A stretch of DNA of 64,000 nucleotides from NCBI GenBank assembly GCA_963747695.1, contig CAVVFV010000008.1, positions 267,592 to 331,591 on the forward strand, given 5' to 3'. Both the position numbers and the translations under genes were made by a program. Shown in pieces: positions 1 through 8,337 of the stretch. The notes under the pieces were generated by a model, which was not told the origin of the DNA, made no database searches, and saw only the letters and a program-made list of their open reading frames with translations. Position 1 is the first letter of the stretch; each line of letters opens with the position of its first letter. This DNA is from Candidatus Falkowbacteria bacterium. GTDB taxonomy: Bacteria; Patescibacteriota; Patescibacteriia; Patescibacteriales; WJLG01.

Positions 1-2
1 TA

Positions 3-80
3 GAGGAAACTGAAAAGGAAATGAAAAAAACGCCGCCGAATTTCGATTATGAGAATAGTTTGGAGCCTGAATTGGAATAA
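3..80 (+). CDS. 3' end of a gene starting upstream of the window (partial)
   Basis: Frame open from window edge (...EETEKEMKKTPPNFDYENSLEPELE*) ending at TAA 78-80; too short to assign. Confidence 0.25.
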   Translation, partial: EETEKEMKKTPPNFDYENSLEPELE

Positions 81-226
81 AAAGCTAACAGTTGACCCGG
101 GCATTGCTTTTCTCCGTCGTTATGTCAGGCTTGTTTAAATAATTTCGGCCCGCCAAGTACGCCGCTAAGCGGAGACAATTTGTTTTTTAATTTTTGGTTT
201 GAGTTTATCTAAATATTTATTTCGCG

Positions 227-3088
227 ATGGAAGAAAAAAAGATAAAAAATAAGAATTTATTTTCCTTGCCGAGCAAGACGATTTTTATTGTTACCTTGTT
301 TTTGCTGATTGGCTTATTTTTTGCCGGCCATTCTATCCTCGCCCAGATTCCAACTGCCCAACAAACCGCGGGCCTTCCTAATGTCACGGGCGGTCAAACT
401 GCAAGCGGAGGTACCGGTAGTACCGCTGCCACCGCTGCCAAGGCCGATGGCACCTGCGGCATTCTTGATTTTTCCTGTCAGATTCCCATGATTCTTACCA
501 GTATAGAAAGACTAATATTAAATGTTTCGGGAGATATCCTTGCTCTCTTGATGCCGGCGCTGATCTTTGTCGCCGAGTATAACGCTTTTACCACTTCCCC
601 TCCGGTTACCGACGGCTGGGTGATCGTCCGCGATCTCTGCAATATGTTTTTCATCTTGATCCTCCTGCTGATCGCTTTTGCCACGATCTTGCGCGTCGAA
701 GGATATGATATCAAAAAAATGGTGCCCAAGCTGGTCATTATGGCGATCCTCATCAATTTTTCCAAAACCATCTGCGGACTGATCATTGATTTTGCCCAGG
801 TCATTATGAATACCTTCATCAGTCCGTTTGCCGGAATCGGTTCGATCAGCATGACGACCATGCTCGGGTTAAATACGATGTCCGGTTTTTCTTCTTCCGG
901 CGTTGCCGCCACTCAATGGTCGATTTTTGCCGCTTATGCCTTTGCGCTTATTTATACATTGATCGCGGCCGTAGTCTTGGTGGTTATTTTCGTCGTCTTA
1001 GTCGTCAGGGTCGTGATGCTTTGGATCTACATCGTCCTTTCACCGCTTTCTTATTTGTTGGCGACTTTTCCGCAAGGGCAGCGATATGTTTCGCAATGGT
1101 GGGAAGAATTCACCAAGAATGTTATCGTCGGCCCGGTACTGGCCTTTTTCCTCTGGCTGTCTTTCGTTTCCCTGGGCACTACCAATTCCGGAACCAGTCT
1201 TTTGGGCAACGGCGCGCCGACCGATAATTTGATTAAAGATATGCCCCCCGTTCTTACCGGCGCAATGACGCTTGATCAGTTGATCAAGTTCACCGTTTCC
1301 ATCGGTATGCTCGTCGGCGGCTTAATAGTCACTCAGCAGATGGGCGGGTATATGGGGAAGATCGCCGGCCAGGGCATGGCCAAAATCCAAGGCGGCGCCA
1401 AGATCTTGGGCGGTGGAGTGAAGCGGATCGCGACTGCGCCTCTGGGCGCTGCGAAATGGGCAGGGGGCGTGGGCGTAGACGCGCTTCAGCATCGAGGCAT
1501 CGTTGATTTGAATGTGGGCAGGGTTTGGAAAGGATTCCAAGAAAGAAGACAGGAAAAGAAAGCATCGCTTTATAATTTGGGCCAAAAAAAGGCCTCGGAA
1601 CGTTTGCAACAGACCGGTAGGTTCGGCGGCGCCTTGGCTTTGACGGCCATGCCTCGCGATGCCTATAACCAACTTAACAGCCGGGAAGGATTAACGGAAA
1701 GATTCTGGCGGGGCGGTAAGGGAACGGCGAAATTGAGAGGTGAAGCCGGTGATCAGCTGAAGGTGGAGGAAGATAAATTAGGGGTAGCCCAAGGCATAAA
1801 GGATATTAACTCCCGGACGGATATCAGTTTAGCTAAACAGCAAGAAGCTAACTATAAAGCTGGGGTCGCAGGGACAGATCATTCTGCTCGCAAGAACGCA
1901 ATTAAAACTACCGAAGCCGACATTTTGTCTGATAGAAATAATATCAGGGTCGGCGAAGCCAACGGTACGCTTAAGGGTCCGGTTTTGGATCAAGCTAAAA
2001 TTAATTTAGCCGGCAAAGAGAAAGAATTAAGCTGGATCAAAGAGGTTGACCAAGATATTGGCGACGAGAAAAAAGGTAACAAGTTGGATGTTGATCAGAA
2101 AAAGCAAAATTATGCCCAAGCGCCTCAGCAATTAATTAATGAGCGAAATGAGGATCAGGCCAAGAGGCTAAAACTAGTGTCGCAATTGAGCCCTGATGAT
2201 TGGAACGCTTTCAAAAATAGCGAAACCGGTACCGAACCTTTTGAAGACAGGGTTAAAGCGGCTAAGGATGAGCAGGGTAAATACGCGCCTGTCTACAATG
2301 CTGAAGCCAGAGCAGCCGGGCAGCAAGCCGAGGCGGTGGAAGGGGCGAAGACCAAAGATATTACTGATTCCGATGAAAAATTAAGAATGCTTATTTCGGC
2401 AATTAAAAATAAAAACCAGCCGGCAATCAGGGCGATTCTTAAGCAAATGGCGATGAACGGGGATGATAACGAAGCTTTGCAGCCTTTGGTCGGCGATACT
2501 TCCGCTTTTGGCATCCAAAAGCTGATGTCGGCTTTATCCGGTAAACTAACCGCGCAAGAATTAGCTTCCAATCCCCAATTAAAGGATCTTAACGCCGGTT
2601 TCTCCGAACAGGATGCCATGGCTTTGGGCTCCGAGATCGGTATGATTAATAAGCAGACCAATCATTGGAACGCCACTGCGCCTTATAAGATGCGAGGCGG
2701 CGTTTGGGAGAAAAGTACGGAAAAAGATATGTCGGATTTCCGCAGCGCGGAAATATCCAAGATGGATCCCCAGGTGATAACCAGAGCTTTCAACCGGTTG
2801 GCTTACGGCCGTGAAGATTCCAAGAGAAAATTTCATTTGGATGCCGCCGGTGTGATCAGCTTGAGGTTATTGGATAATGCTAATGGTATAAATCAGATTG
2901 GTAGTAGAATGACGCAAAATACGGCGGAGAAGCTGACAAAAGGTGACGCGGGTGAAAAGCTGCGTGATTTGGTTAAGAATGGAATTTTATCCCAGCAAAT
3001 TGTTGATGTGCTTTTCCAGCGGGCGAAATCTTCGGCTAAAAATCCAACGGCCGATTTGCAGCAAATCCATGACGTTTTGGGAGAATAA
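227..3088 (+). CDS. VirB6/TrbL-like polytopic membrane protein with long charged C-terminal tail (T4SS-like cluster)
   Basis: 953-aa ORF. It has an N-terminal signal/TM segment, a Gly/Thr/Ala-rich linker with a Cys pair, and about 6 or more hydrophobic helices (aa ~90-370). A ~550-aa Lys/Glu/Gln-rich tail follows. It heads a cluster with PrgI-like and VirB4-like genes. Family call rests on architecture and context only. Confidence 0.5.
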   Translation: MEEKKIKNKNLFSLPSKTIFIVTLFLLIGLFFAGHSILAQIPTAQQTAGLPNVTGGQTASGGTGSTAATAAKADGTCGILDFSCQIPMILTSIERLILNVSGDILALLMPALIFVAEYNAFTTSPPVTDGWVIVRDLCNMFFILILLLIAFATILRVEGYDIKKMVPKLVIMAILINFSKTICGLIIDFAQVIMNTFISPFAGIGSISMTTMLGLNTMSGFSSSGVAATQWSIFAAYAFALIYTLIAAVVLVVIFVVLVVRVVMLWIYIVLSPLSYLLATFPQGQRYVSQWWEEFTKNVIVGPVLAFFLWLSFVSLGTTNSGTSLLGNGAPTDNLIKDMPPVLTGAMTLDQLIKFTVSIGMLVGGLIVTQQMGGYMGKIAGQGMAKIQGGAKILGGGVKRIATAPLGAAKWAGGVGVDALQHRGIVDLNVGRVWKGFQERRQEKKASLYNLGQKKASERLQQTGRFGGALALTAMPRDAYNQLNSREGLTERFWRGGKGTAKLRGEAGDQLKVEEDKLGVAQGIKDINSRTDISLAKQQEANYKAGVAGTDHSARKNAIKTTEADILSDRNNIRVGEANGTLKGPVLDQAKINLAGKEKELSWIKEVDQDIGDEKKGNKLDVDQKKQNYAQAPQQLINERNEDQAKRLKLVSQLSPDDWNAFKNSETGTEPFEDRVKAAKDEQGKYAPVYNAEARAAGQQAEAVEGAKTKDITDSDEKLRMLISAIKNKNQPAIRAILKQMAMNGDDNEALQPLVGDTSAFGIQKLMSALSGKLTAQELASNPQLKDLNAGFSEQDAMALGSEIGMINKQTNHWNATAPYKMRGGVWEKSTEKDMSDFRSAEISKMDPQVITRAFNRLAYGREDSKRKFHLDAAGVISLRLLDNANGINQIGSRMTQNTAEKLTKGDAGEKLRDLVKNGILSQQIVDVLFQRAKSSAKNPTADLQQIHDVLGE

Positions 3089-3107
3089 TAAAATTTTAAT
3101 CTGAATT

Positions 3108-4115
3108 ATGGCCACAGATTCCTTGCTAAAAAATAAAATCAACTATCGAGACCCTTCGTTTTTGGCTTTGGTCGGGGATTTTTTAAATTCCGCCGCGGCC
3201 GAAGACGATTCGAAACAGGCACTTAATTTAAGCCGAATCATCGGTAATTTTTTGGCGCGGAAAAAAAGTGAAATGGAGCAAAACCCGGATCTTTATGATT
3301 TTTATCGGAAGGCTCTGATAAAAGCGCAATTCATCGCTTTGCCGCTTTTGGATAACAACGTTGCGATTGATCTACTTAAAAATCATTTCATTACTCAATT
3401 TGAGATCGATTTCTACGATCTACTGGATAAATTCCGCACAAAATTGATCAACATTCCGGTTTACGAGGACCGCGACGCTTTGCGTAGGGAAATCGGGAAA
3501 ATTCTTTTGGATAGCGGCCAACTCTTGACCGGCGGGGCAATGCCGCCGCGGACGGTGGGCGAGTGGATCAAAGATTACAGCGCCAAATTAGGCATTGGCC
3601 GAGCGGATAGCTTGAAAAGAACCCAATATTTTTTGGATCTGGGTCGGGAGAGGAAGCTAAGCGAAAAAGACCAGAGAAAGTTAAAAGCCCTGTTCGATCT
3701 TTATGAGGAGACCAAGATATCCAGTTTAGAACCTTTTGGTTATGATTATGACGTTCCGATAATCGTCGACGGGAAATATTTTATTTTCAAAAGAGGTATT
3801 CTGGAAAAATTAGAAGGCAATGAAAATGAATTTAATCGAATCAACGGGCTATTAAAAACCGGGGAAGAAGAAGCCGCGGCTGCGGCAGGACAAAAGCCGG
3901 CCATTGCTCCTGGCGCGCCGAGGGCCAAGGGAATTCCAGTCTCACCCAGAGGAGTGCCTGCTTCGTCTTCCGCCACCGGTTTCGCGGCGCTTTCGGCGGC
4001 CGATAAGCAAATCGACGATTTAAAACAAACCGCCGCAAAATATCGTCCCGGCAGTCTCCAAAGAAAAGCGGTGGAAGCGGAAATAAAGAAGTTAGAAGGC
4101 AGAAGTCAGAAGTAA
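3108..4115 (+). CDS. hypothetical protein (T4SS-like cluster)
   Basis: 335-aa ORF 19 nt after the previous stop, same strand. Ala/Pro-rich segment near the C-terminus. The last codons (KKLEGRSQK*) are encoded by the heptamer array that follows. Confidence 0.75.
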   Translation: MATDSLLKNKINYRDPSFLALVGDFLNSAAAEDDSKQALNLSRIIGNFLARKKSEMEQNPDLYDFYRKALIKAQFIALPLLDNNVAIDLLKNHFITQFEIDFYDLLDKFRTKLINIPVYEDRDALRREIGKILLDSGQLLTGGAMPPRTVGEWIKDYSAKLGIGRADSLKRTQYFLDLGRERKLSEKDQRKLKALFDLYEETKISSLEPFGYDYDVPIIVDGKYFIFKRGILEKLEGNENEFNRINGLLKTGEEEAAAAAGQKPAIAPGAPRAKGIPVSPRGVPASSSATGFAALSAADKQIDDLKQTAAKYRPGSLQRKAVEAEIKKLEGRSQK

Positions 4116-4147
4116 GAAGCCAGAAGTTAGAAATCAGAAGTTAGAAA
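4088..4147. repeat. left arm of cassette 1: tandem heptamers GAAGNNA (~8.5 units)
   Basis: gaagtta gaaggca gaagtca gaagtaa gaagcca gaagtta gaaatca gaagtta gaaat; reverse-complementary to the CTTCTTA array at 4542-4574. Confidence 0.9.
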
Positions 4148-4166
4148 TATTCAACAATGATTTAAT

Positions 4167-4541
4167 ATGAGGGAGGGAAGTTATCAGGACATTGATCAGA
4201 GGACGTTTAATTTTGCCAATAGGGTTATTAAGATGATTCCGCAATTACCTAACAATGTGACAACTTGGAAAATAGGCGCTCAAGTAATTGATTCGGCCAC
4301 GTCAGTTAATTCTAATATTGTTCAAGCCCGCGGTGGATTATCAAAAAAGGATTTTACGCATCATCTAAGGATTTCTTTGAAAGAAGCGCGGGAAACCAAA
4401 AGATGGCTGGAAATGATCATTGCTGTCGGTTTGGCTCCTGAAGAAAAAATGTGCTGGCTGTTGGCGGAAAACGAAGAAATAATTTGTATTTTGGTTACAA
4501 TGATAAAAAATTCACAAGATGAAAGTTTGAACAAGGAGTAA
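4167..4541 (+). CDS. four-helix-bundle protein (23S rRNA intervening-sequence protein / Avd-like family)
   Basis: 124 aa. Motifs FNFANRVIKM...SATSVNSNIVQARGG.SKKDFTHHLRISLKEARETKRWLEMI are typical of the PF05635/TIGR02436 family as I recall it. No SD upstream. Confidence 0.85.
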   Translation: MREGSYQDIDQRTFNFANRVIKMIPQLPNNVTTWKIGAQVIDSATSVNSNIVQARGGLSKKDFTHHLRISLKEARETKRWLEMIIAVGLAPEEKMCWLLAENEEIICILVTMIKNSQDESLNKE

Positions 4542-4574
4542 TTTCTTACTTCTTACTTCTTACTTCTTACTTCA
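4542..4574. repeat. right arm of cassette 1: tandem heptamers CTTCTTA (~4.5 units)
   Basis: tttctta cttctta cttctta cttctta cttc directly after stop 4539-4541; next gene starts (GTG) at 4578. Confidence 0.9.
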
Positions 4575-4577
4575 ACC

Positions 4578-5396
4578 GTGTTGGAATATTTAGAAAAATT
4601 TAATAATTTGCCTGATGTCGTGAAACAGAAAATTTCCGCGCCGGTGGTAATGGCCGCACTGGAAGAGCTGGAAGGCGAGTACGGCGTGGAACTGGCCGGT
4701 TTCGTGATGCGCGTCATGGTGGGTGATTTGTATTATAAAAATTTGACCGCTAATCTGATCATCGAATATAATTTGGCGCCGGAAGTCGCCGGCAGATTGG
4801 CGCAAGATTTGCAAAATAGAATCTTTGATCAGGTAATGGACTATTTAAGCCAGCCCAAGGCGGCACCGGCTTCCCAATCGGCCGAAGCCGATGCTTCTTT
4901 TTTTGGCAGCCGAGGTACACCGATTCCATCGGCTGTTCCGGCGGCAGCGGCTGTTTTGTCCGTGCCGGGTCCGGCCAAGTCCGCCTACGCTGAAGCCACG
5001 GCGGACAAGCCGGTCCCGCCGGCGGTGCGCCGCGCGCCGGTGACTAACGTAGGAACGCAAAATCTTGCGTTCCTACAAAATAGAAATTATTTGGAAGAAG
5101 ACAAGGCTGACATTACGGCGGCGGGAAAAATATCCACGACGATGAAAGCAGTGCCGCAAGAAAAGGTGGAGGCGATGCTGGCGGCGGTAATTGCGGAAGC
5201 CAAAGTCAGTTTTGCCAGCTCCAGCCTGCTCAAAAGATTTCGGGAAATCCTGCTTTCTTATTTACGCGGCGTGCGGACCAAAGTCGAAGTCCGGGAAAAC
5301 TTGCTGAAAGATTTTGCCTCCGGCGGAGTGAAAATGTCGGAAGCGGAAGCGGATCGGATTTTGAATATCGCCCAAAAGAAATTGAACCGACGATGA
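4578..5396 (+). CDS. hypothetical protein (T4SS-like cluster)
   Basis: 272-aa ORF with a GTG start 3 nt after the repeat arm. Contains an Ala/Pro-rich middle and two embedded perfect or near-perfect hairpins (4982-5010, 5048-5075). Confidence 0.7.
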   Translation: MLEYLEKFNNLPDVVKQKISAPVVMAALEELEGEYGVELAGFVMRVMVGDLYYKNLTANLIIEYNLAPEVAGRLAQDLQNRIFDQVMDYLSQPKAAPASQSAEADASFFGSRGTPIPSAVPAAAAVLSVPGPAKSAYAEATADKPVPPAVRRAPVTNVGTQNLAFLQNRNYLEEDKADITAAGKISTTMKAVPQEKVEAMLAAVIAEAKVSFASSSLLKRFREILLSYLRGVRTKVEVRENLLKDFASGGVKMSEAEADRILNIAQKKLNRR

Positions 5397-5712
5397 AGAA
5401 AAGATTCGCCGGTTCCGGCAAGGTCACGGCCAAAAGCACGGCTAACGGCACCAATTTCATTTTTAACGAGGGCAGAGATAAAACAAGCTCTGGCGCGCGT
5501 AATGCTTCGCCTCAAAGGTTAGCCGGCGGTAACTTCCGGTCTGGGCAGGCGATCGCGATGTCGGTTATGATCTCACGGCTTTAAAAAATACCTCCGCCGC
5601 TAAGACTTCCGCCTACGCTAAGGCTTTGGCGGACAAGTCGGAGGCAGCAAGACCTTGCGGGCTGACCGCCGGATAACAAAATATTCCGCCAGCTCAGCCG
5701 GAAAAGGCCGAA

Positions 5713-6189
5713 ATGCAAAATACTGCCCCTGCGGCGGCGATTCCAGTCAATCCGCCCCCCATGGAAGCTGCGGTTCCGGTAAAAACAATCAATCACGAAC
5801 CAAAGCGGACGGCCGCGGTGATGGGAAATAAAAAACGGATGGAAGATATCAAACCTTCGCCGCGCACGATGAGCCCGATCGATGAATTGGCCTATATGGA
5901 TCTGGTAAATTTCCGCCGGCTTGATCCGTCGCCGGCCGCGCGCATCACCAAGATCGAAGCCAAGATCGCTTTGTTGGAAAAAGAAGGGATCGATAAAAAG
6001 ATCGAAGGCATCCGGGTCTGGCGGCTCAATCCCGTCAATAAGACTTATTTGTCGATGGGGCAGGAAAGCATTGCCGGCGGGAAGAGTATTGATGATATAA
6101 TCAAAGAGCGCAAGGAGCAGGGGTTGAATTATCTTTCCCAGGAAGAATTCGAAGCGGTGATGGATCTTAACAATAATCTCAGATTCTAA
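5713..6189 (+). CDS. hypothetical protein (T4SS-like cluster)
   Basis: 158-aa ORF with the first ATG after an in-frame stop at 5674-5676. The stop TAA 6187-6189 abuts the next heptamer array. Confidence 0.7.
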   Translation: MQNTAPAAAIPVNPPPMEAAVPVKTINHEPKRTAAVMGNKKRMEDIKPSPRTMSPIDELAYMDLVNFRRLDPSPAARITKIEAKIALLEKEGIDKKIEGIRVWRLNPVNKTYLSMGQESIAGGKSIDDIIKERKEQGLNYLSQEEFEAVMDLNNNLRF

Positions 6190-6221
6190 TCGCATAACGC
6201 ATAGCGCGTAACGCATAACGG
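6190..6221. repeat. left arm of cassette 2: tandem heptamers CGCATAA/CGCGTAA
   Basis: cgcataa cgcatag cgcgtaa cgcataa cgg; reverse complement of 6570-6600 with few mismatches. Confidence 0.92.
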
Positions 6222-6224
6222 TTT

Positions 6225-6569
6225 ATGGATTTTCATGAAGAATTAAAATTGCTTATTCATCAATATGTAAAGTTCGTTTATAGAGTGACAAAAAATTTCC
6301 CCAAGGATGAATTATATGGCGTAGTTTCACAATTCAGAAGAGCCACAATGTCCATAATGTTAAATTACGTCGAAGGTTATGCCAGAAGAACGGGAGATGG
6401 TTGCAAGGTATACAATAATTTTTTAAATATTTCCTATGGATCGCTGAAAGAATCAAAATATTTGTTATTTTTTTCCTTGGATGAAAAATATATTTCAGAA
6501 GAAGAATATAAAACAGGTTTTGAGTTATGTGATAGGATTGGAAAAATGATTTGGAGTTTGATAAATTAG
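6225..6569 (+). CDS. four-helix-bundle protein (23S rRNA IVS protein / Avd-like family)
   Basis: 114 aa; YVKFVYRVTKNFPKDELYGVVSQFRRATMSIMLNYVEGYARRT...SYGSLKESKYLL matches family hallmarks. Confidence 0.85.
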   Translation: MDFHEELKLLIHQYVKFVYRVTKNFPKDELYGVVSQFRRATMSIMLNYVEGYARRTGDGCKVYNNFLNISYGSLKESKYLLFFSLDEKYISEEEYKTGFELCDRIGKMIWSLIN

Positions 6570-6600
6570 CCGTTACGCGTTATGCGTTACGCGTTATGCG
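6570..6600. repeat. right arm of cassette 2: tandem heptamers CGTTACG/CGTTATG
   Basis: ccgttacg cgttatg cgttacg cgttatg cg directly after stop 6567-6569; next ATG at 6607. Confidence 0.92.
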
Positions 6601-6606
6601 AAAACG

Positions 6607-7059
6607 ATGCAGATGTTCACTGTTCCTCAATTCATCGATGTTGAGGATAAAATTATCGGTCCGATTACGACGAGGCAATTCATCATTTGCCTAGTCGGCT
6701 TGGGCTTTCTGGTCCCGGCTTGGAAACTGTTTGATCTGCTCTGGTTCATCCTGTTTGGTTTGCTTGATTTCGTGATCGTCGGCGCCTTCGCCTTTACCAA
6801 GATCAATGGCCGGCCGTTCCATTATTTTGTCTTGAACGTCATCCAGACGATGAAGAAGCCGAATTTGCGGGTTTGGAATAATCGTAATCCGTTGAAAGAC
6901 CTGCTCTCGCAAGAAGAATCGGCCGCCGAGGAAGTGCCGAAGGTGACCAAATCGACCGCCACGAGAGAGCGCCTGGTCAGCTCGCATCTGAAAGAATTAT
7001 CATTGATCGTCGATACCAAAGGGGTCTATAAGGGGGAAGAAGGGGAGGAAATAGTTTGA
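6607..7059 (+). CDS. PrgI/VirB3-like small T4SS membrane protein
   Basis: 150 aa. N-terminal VPQFIDVEDKIIGPITTRQF followed by two TM helices, as I recall for the PrgI family (PF12666). Located upstream of the VirB4-like ATPase. Confidence 0.6.
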   Translation: MQMFTVPQFIDVEDKIIGPITTRQFIICLVGLGFLVPAWKLFDLLWFILFGLLDFVIVGAFAFTKINGRPFHYFVLNVIQTMKKPNLRVWNNRNPLKDLLSQEESAAEEVPKVTKSTATRERLVSSHLKELSLIVDTKGVYKGEEGEEIV

Positions 7060-7094
7060 TTAGTATTAAGTATTTGGTATTAAGTATTTAGTAT
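7060..7094. repeat. left arm of cassette 3: tandem heptamers NAGTATT
   Basis: ttagtatt aagtatt tggtatt aagtatt tagtat, starting 1 nt after stop TGA 7057-7059 and ending at the ATG 7095. Confidence 0.9.
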
Positions 7095-7460
7095 ATGAGT
7101 GAAAAGATCAGGTCGTTCGCTGATTTGGTTGCCTGGCAAGAAGCTCATCGTTTAGTTATCATTATTTATCGAATAACCAACGATTTTCCGAGAGAGGAAA
7201 TTTTCGGATTAACCAATCAAATGAGGCGGGCAGTTATTTCTGTTTCCTCGAATATTGCAGAAGGCTTTGGTCGAGAAACAAATAAAGATAAAAGTCATTT
7301 TTACGTGATGGCCCGAACTTCCGTGGTAGAAATCCAGAATCAATTATTGGCGGCCAGAGATATCGGATATTTGAATCAAAAAAATTTTGATTTTGCCGCC
7401 AATAAGACTATCAAAGTTCATAAATTAATCAACGGACTTATCAAAAAAGTAAAATACTAA
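7095..7460 (+). CDS. four-helix-bundle protein (23S rRNA IVS protein / Avd-like family)
   Basis: 121 aa; LVAWQEAHRLVIIIYRITNDFPREEIFGLTNQMRRAVISVSSNIAEGFGRET...FYVMARTSVVEIQNQL is a textbook family pattern. Confidence 0.88.
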   Translation: MSEKIRSFADLVAWQEAHRLVIIIYRITNDFPREEIFGLTNQMRRAVISVSSNIAEGFGRETNKDKSHFYVMARTSVVEIQNQLLAARDIGYLNQKNFDFAANKTIKVHKLINGLIKKVKY

Positions 7461-7490
7461 ATACTTTATACTAAATACGAAATACTAATC
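7452..7490. repeat. right arm of cassette 3: tandem heptamers AAATACN
   Basis: aaatact aaatact ttatact aaatacg aaatact aatc. Overlaps the last codons and stop of the 4HB gene. The next ATG is at 7492. Confidence 0.9.
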
Positions 7491-7491
7491 T

Positions 7492-8181
7492 ATGGCAGAA
7501 AAGACTAATCAATTAGCCAAAGGGAAAATCAGCGTCTCCACCCAGCAGTATTTGGATATTGCCGAGATCAAGGATGATGTCGTGGTGATGCGCGACGGCA
7601 CTTTGCGGGCCGTGCTTTTGGTTTCCAGCATCAATTTCGCTTTGAAAAGCGAAGACGAGCAGGAAGCGATCGTTTCTTCTTATGTCGGCTTTTTAAATAA
7701 TATCAATTTCCCGGTGCAGATCGTCATCCAGTCGCGTAAGCTGAATATCGAAGGATATCTGGCCGAATTAAAACAAAAAGAAAAAGAACAGCTGAACGAG
7801 CTGTTGAAAATCCAGACTCATGAATATATCGAATATATCCAAGAATTGGTATCGCTCGGAGAAATTATGAGCAAAAGTTTTTATGTCGTCGTGCCGTACA
7901 ATCCTTTATCCGACAAGCATAAAGGTTTCTTTTCTTCGATCAATGAGGTCTTGAAACCGGCGACTTTGGTCAGGATGAAAGGGAAAAGATTTGATCGCTA
8001 CAAGAAAGAACTGGACCGGCGTTTGGAGTCGATCGCCTCCGGTCTTGCCTCGGCCGGGTTGAAAACCGTGCAGCTGGACACCCAAGGTTTGATCGAATTG
8101 TACTATAATACTTATAATCCGGTAACCGCGGAAAATGAAGAATTGACCGAGATGAAGAATTTGCAGATCACCGAACCATAA
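7492..8181 (+). CDS. hypothetical protein, T4SS-cluster associated (possibly a detached VirB4 N-terminal-like module)
   Basis: 229-aa ORF directly upstream of VirB4. The segment IAEIKDDVVVMRDGTLRAVLLVSSINFALKSEDEQEAI resembles the N-terminal region of monoderm VirB4/TraE ATPases from memory. Not verified. Confidence 0.6.
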   Translation: MAEKTNQLAKGKISVSTQQYLDIAEIKDDVVVMRDGTLRAVLLVSSINFALKSEDEQEAIVSSYVGFLNNINFPVQIVIQSRKLNIEGYLAELKQKEKEQLNELLKIQTHEYIEYIQELVSLGEIMSKSFYVVVPYNPLSDKHKGFFSSINEVLKPATLVRMKGKRFDRYKKELDRRLESIASGLASAGLKTVQLDTQGLIELYYNTYNPVTAENEELTEMKNLQITEP

Positions 8182-8274
8182 CGCATAACGCATAACGCAT
8201 AACGCATAACGCATAACGCATAACGCATAACGCATAACGCATAACGCATAACGCATAACGCATAACGCATAACG
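8177..8274. repeat. 14 perfect tandem copies of CATAACG (left arm of an empty stem)
   Basis: Counted unit by unit, 8177-8274. The array begins inside the last codons and stop of the upstream gene. Confidence 0.97.
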
Positions 8275-8337
8275 ATTATGCTTTAACGGGTGTGATAAAG
8301 GGAAAGAAAAATTAATTTGTCAACATAATTTACAGCA

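Noticed and set aside
5393-5584. 63-aa ORF in the gap between the 4578 and 5713 genes
   Set aside because: It has no RBS and an unconvincing composition. The region is better treated as an uncertain gap or a possible frameshift (see finding) than as a confident gene.
4167-7460. Four-helix-bundle genes considered as Avd components of a diversity-generating retroelement
   Set aside because: No reverse transcriptase ORF and no template/variable repeat pair with A-specific mismatches is visible anywhere in the window. The flanking inverted arrays fit an IVS-like cassette better. A DGR elsewhere in the genome cannot be excluded.
7906-8256. 116-aa minus-strand ORF (MRYALCVMRYALCVMR...), and similarly 5581-6216 minus
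   Set aside because: Both are translations of the reverse complement of the heptamer arrays running into the antisense of real genes. They have no RBS and overlap well-supported plus-strand CDSs.
8177-8274. Tandem array considered as a CRISPR array
   Set aside because: Units are 7 nt, contiguous and identical, with no spacers. This is a microsatellite-like array forming one arm of an inverted repeat, not CRISPR.
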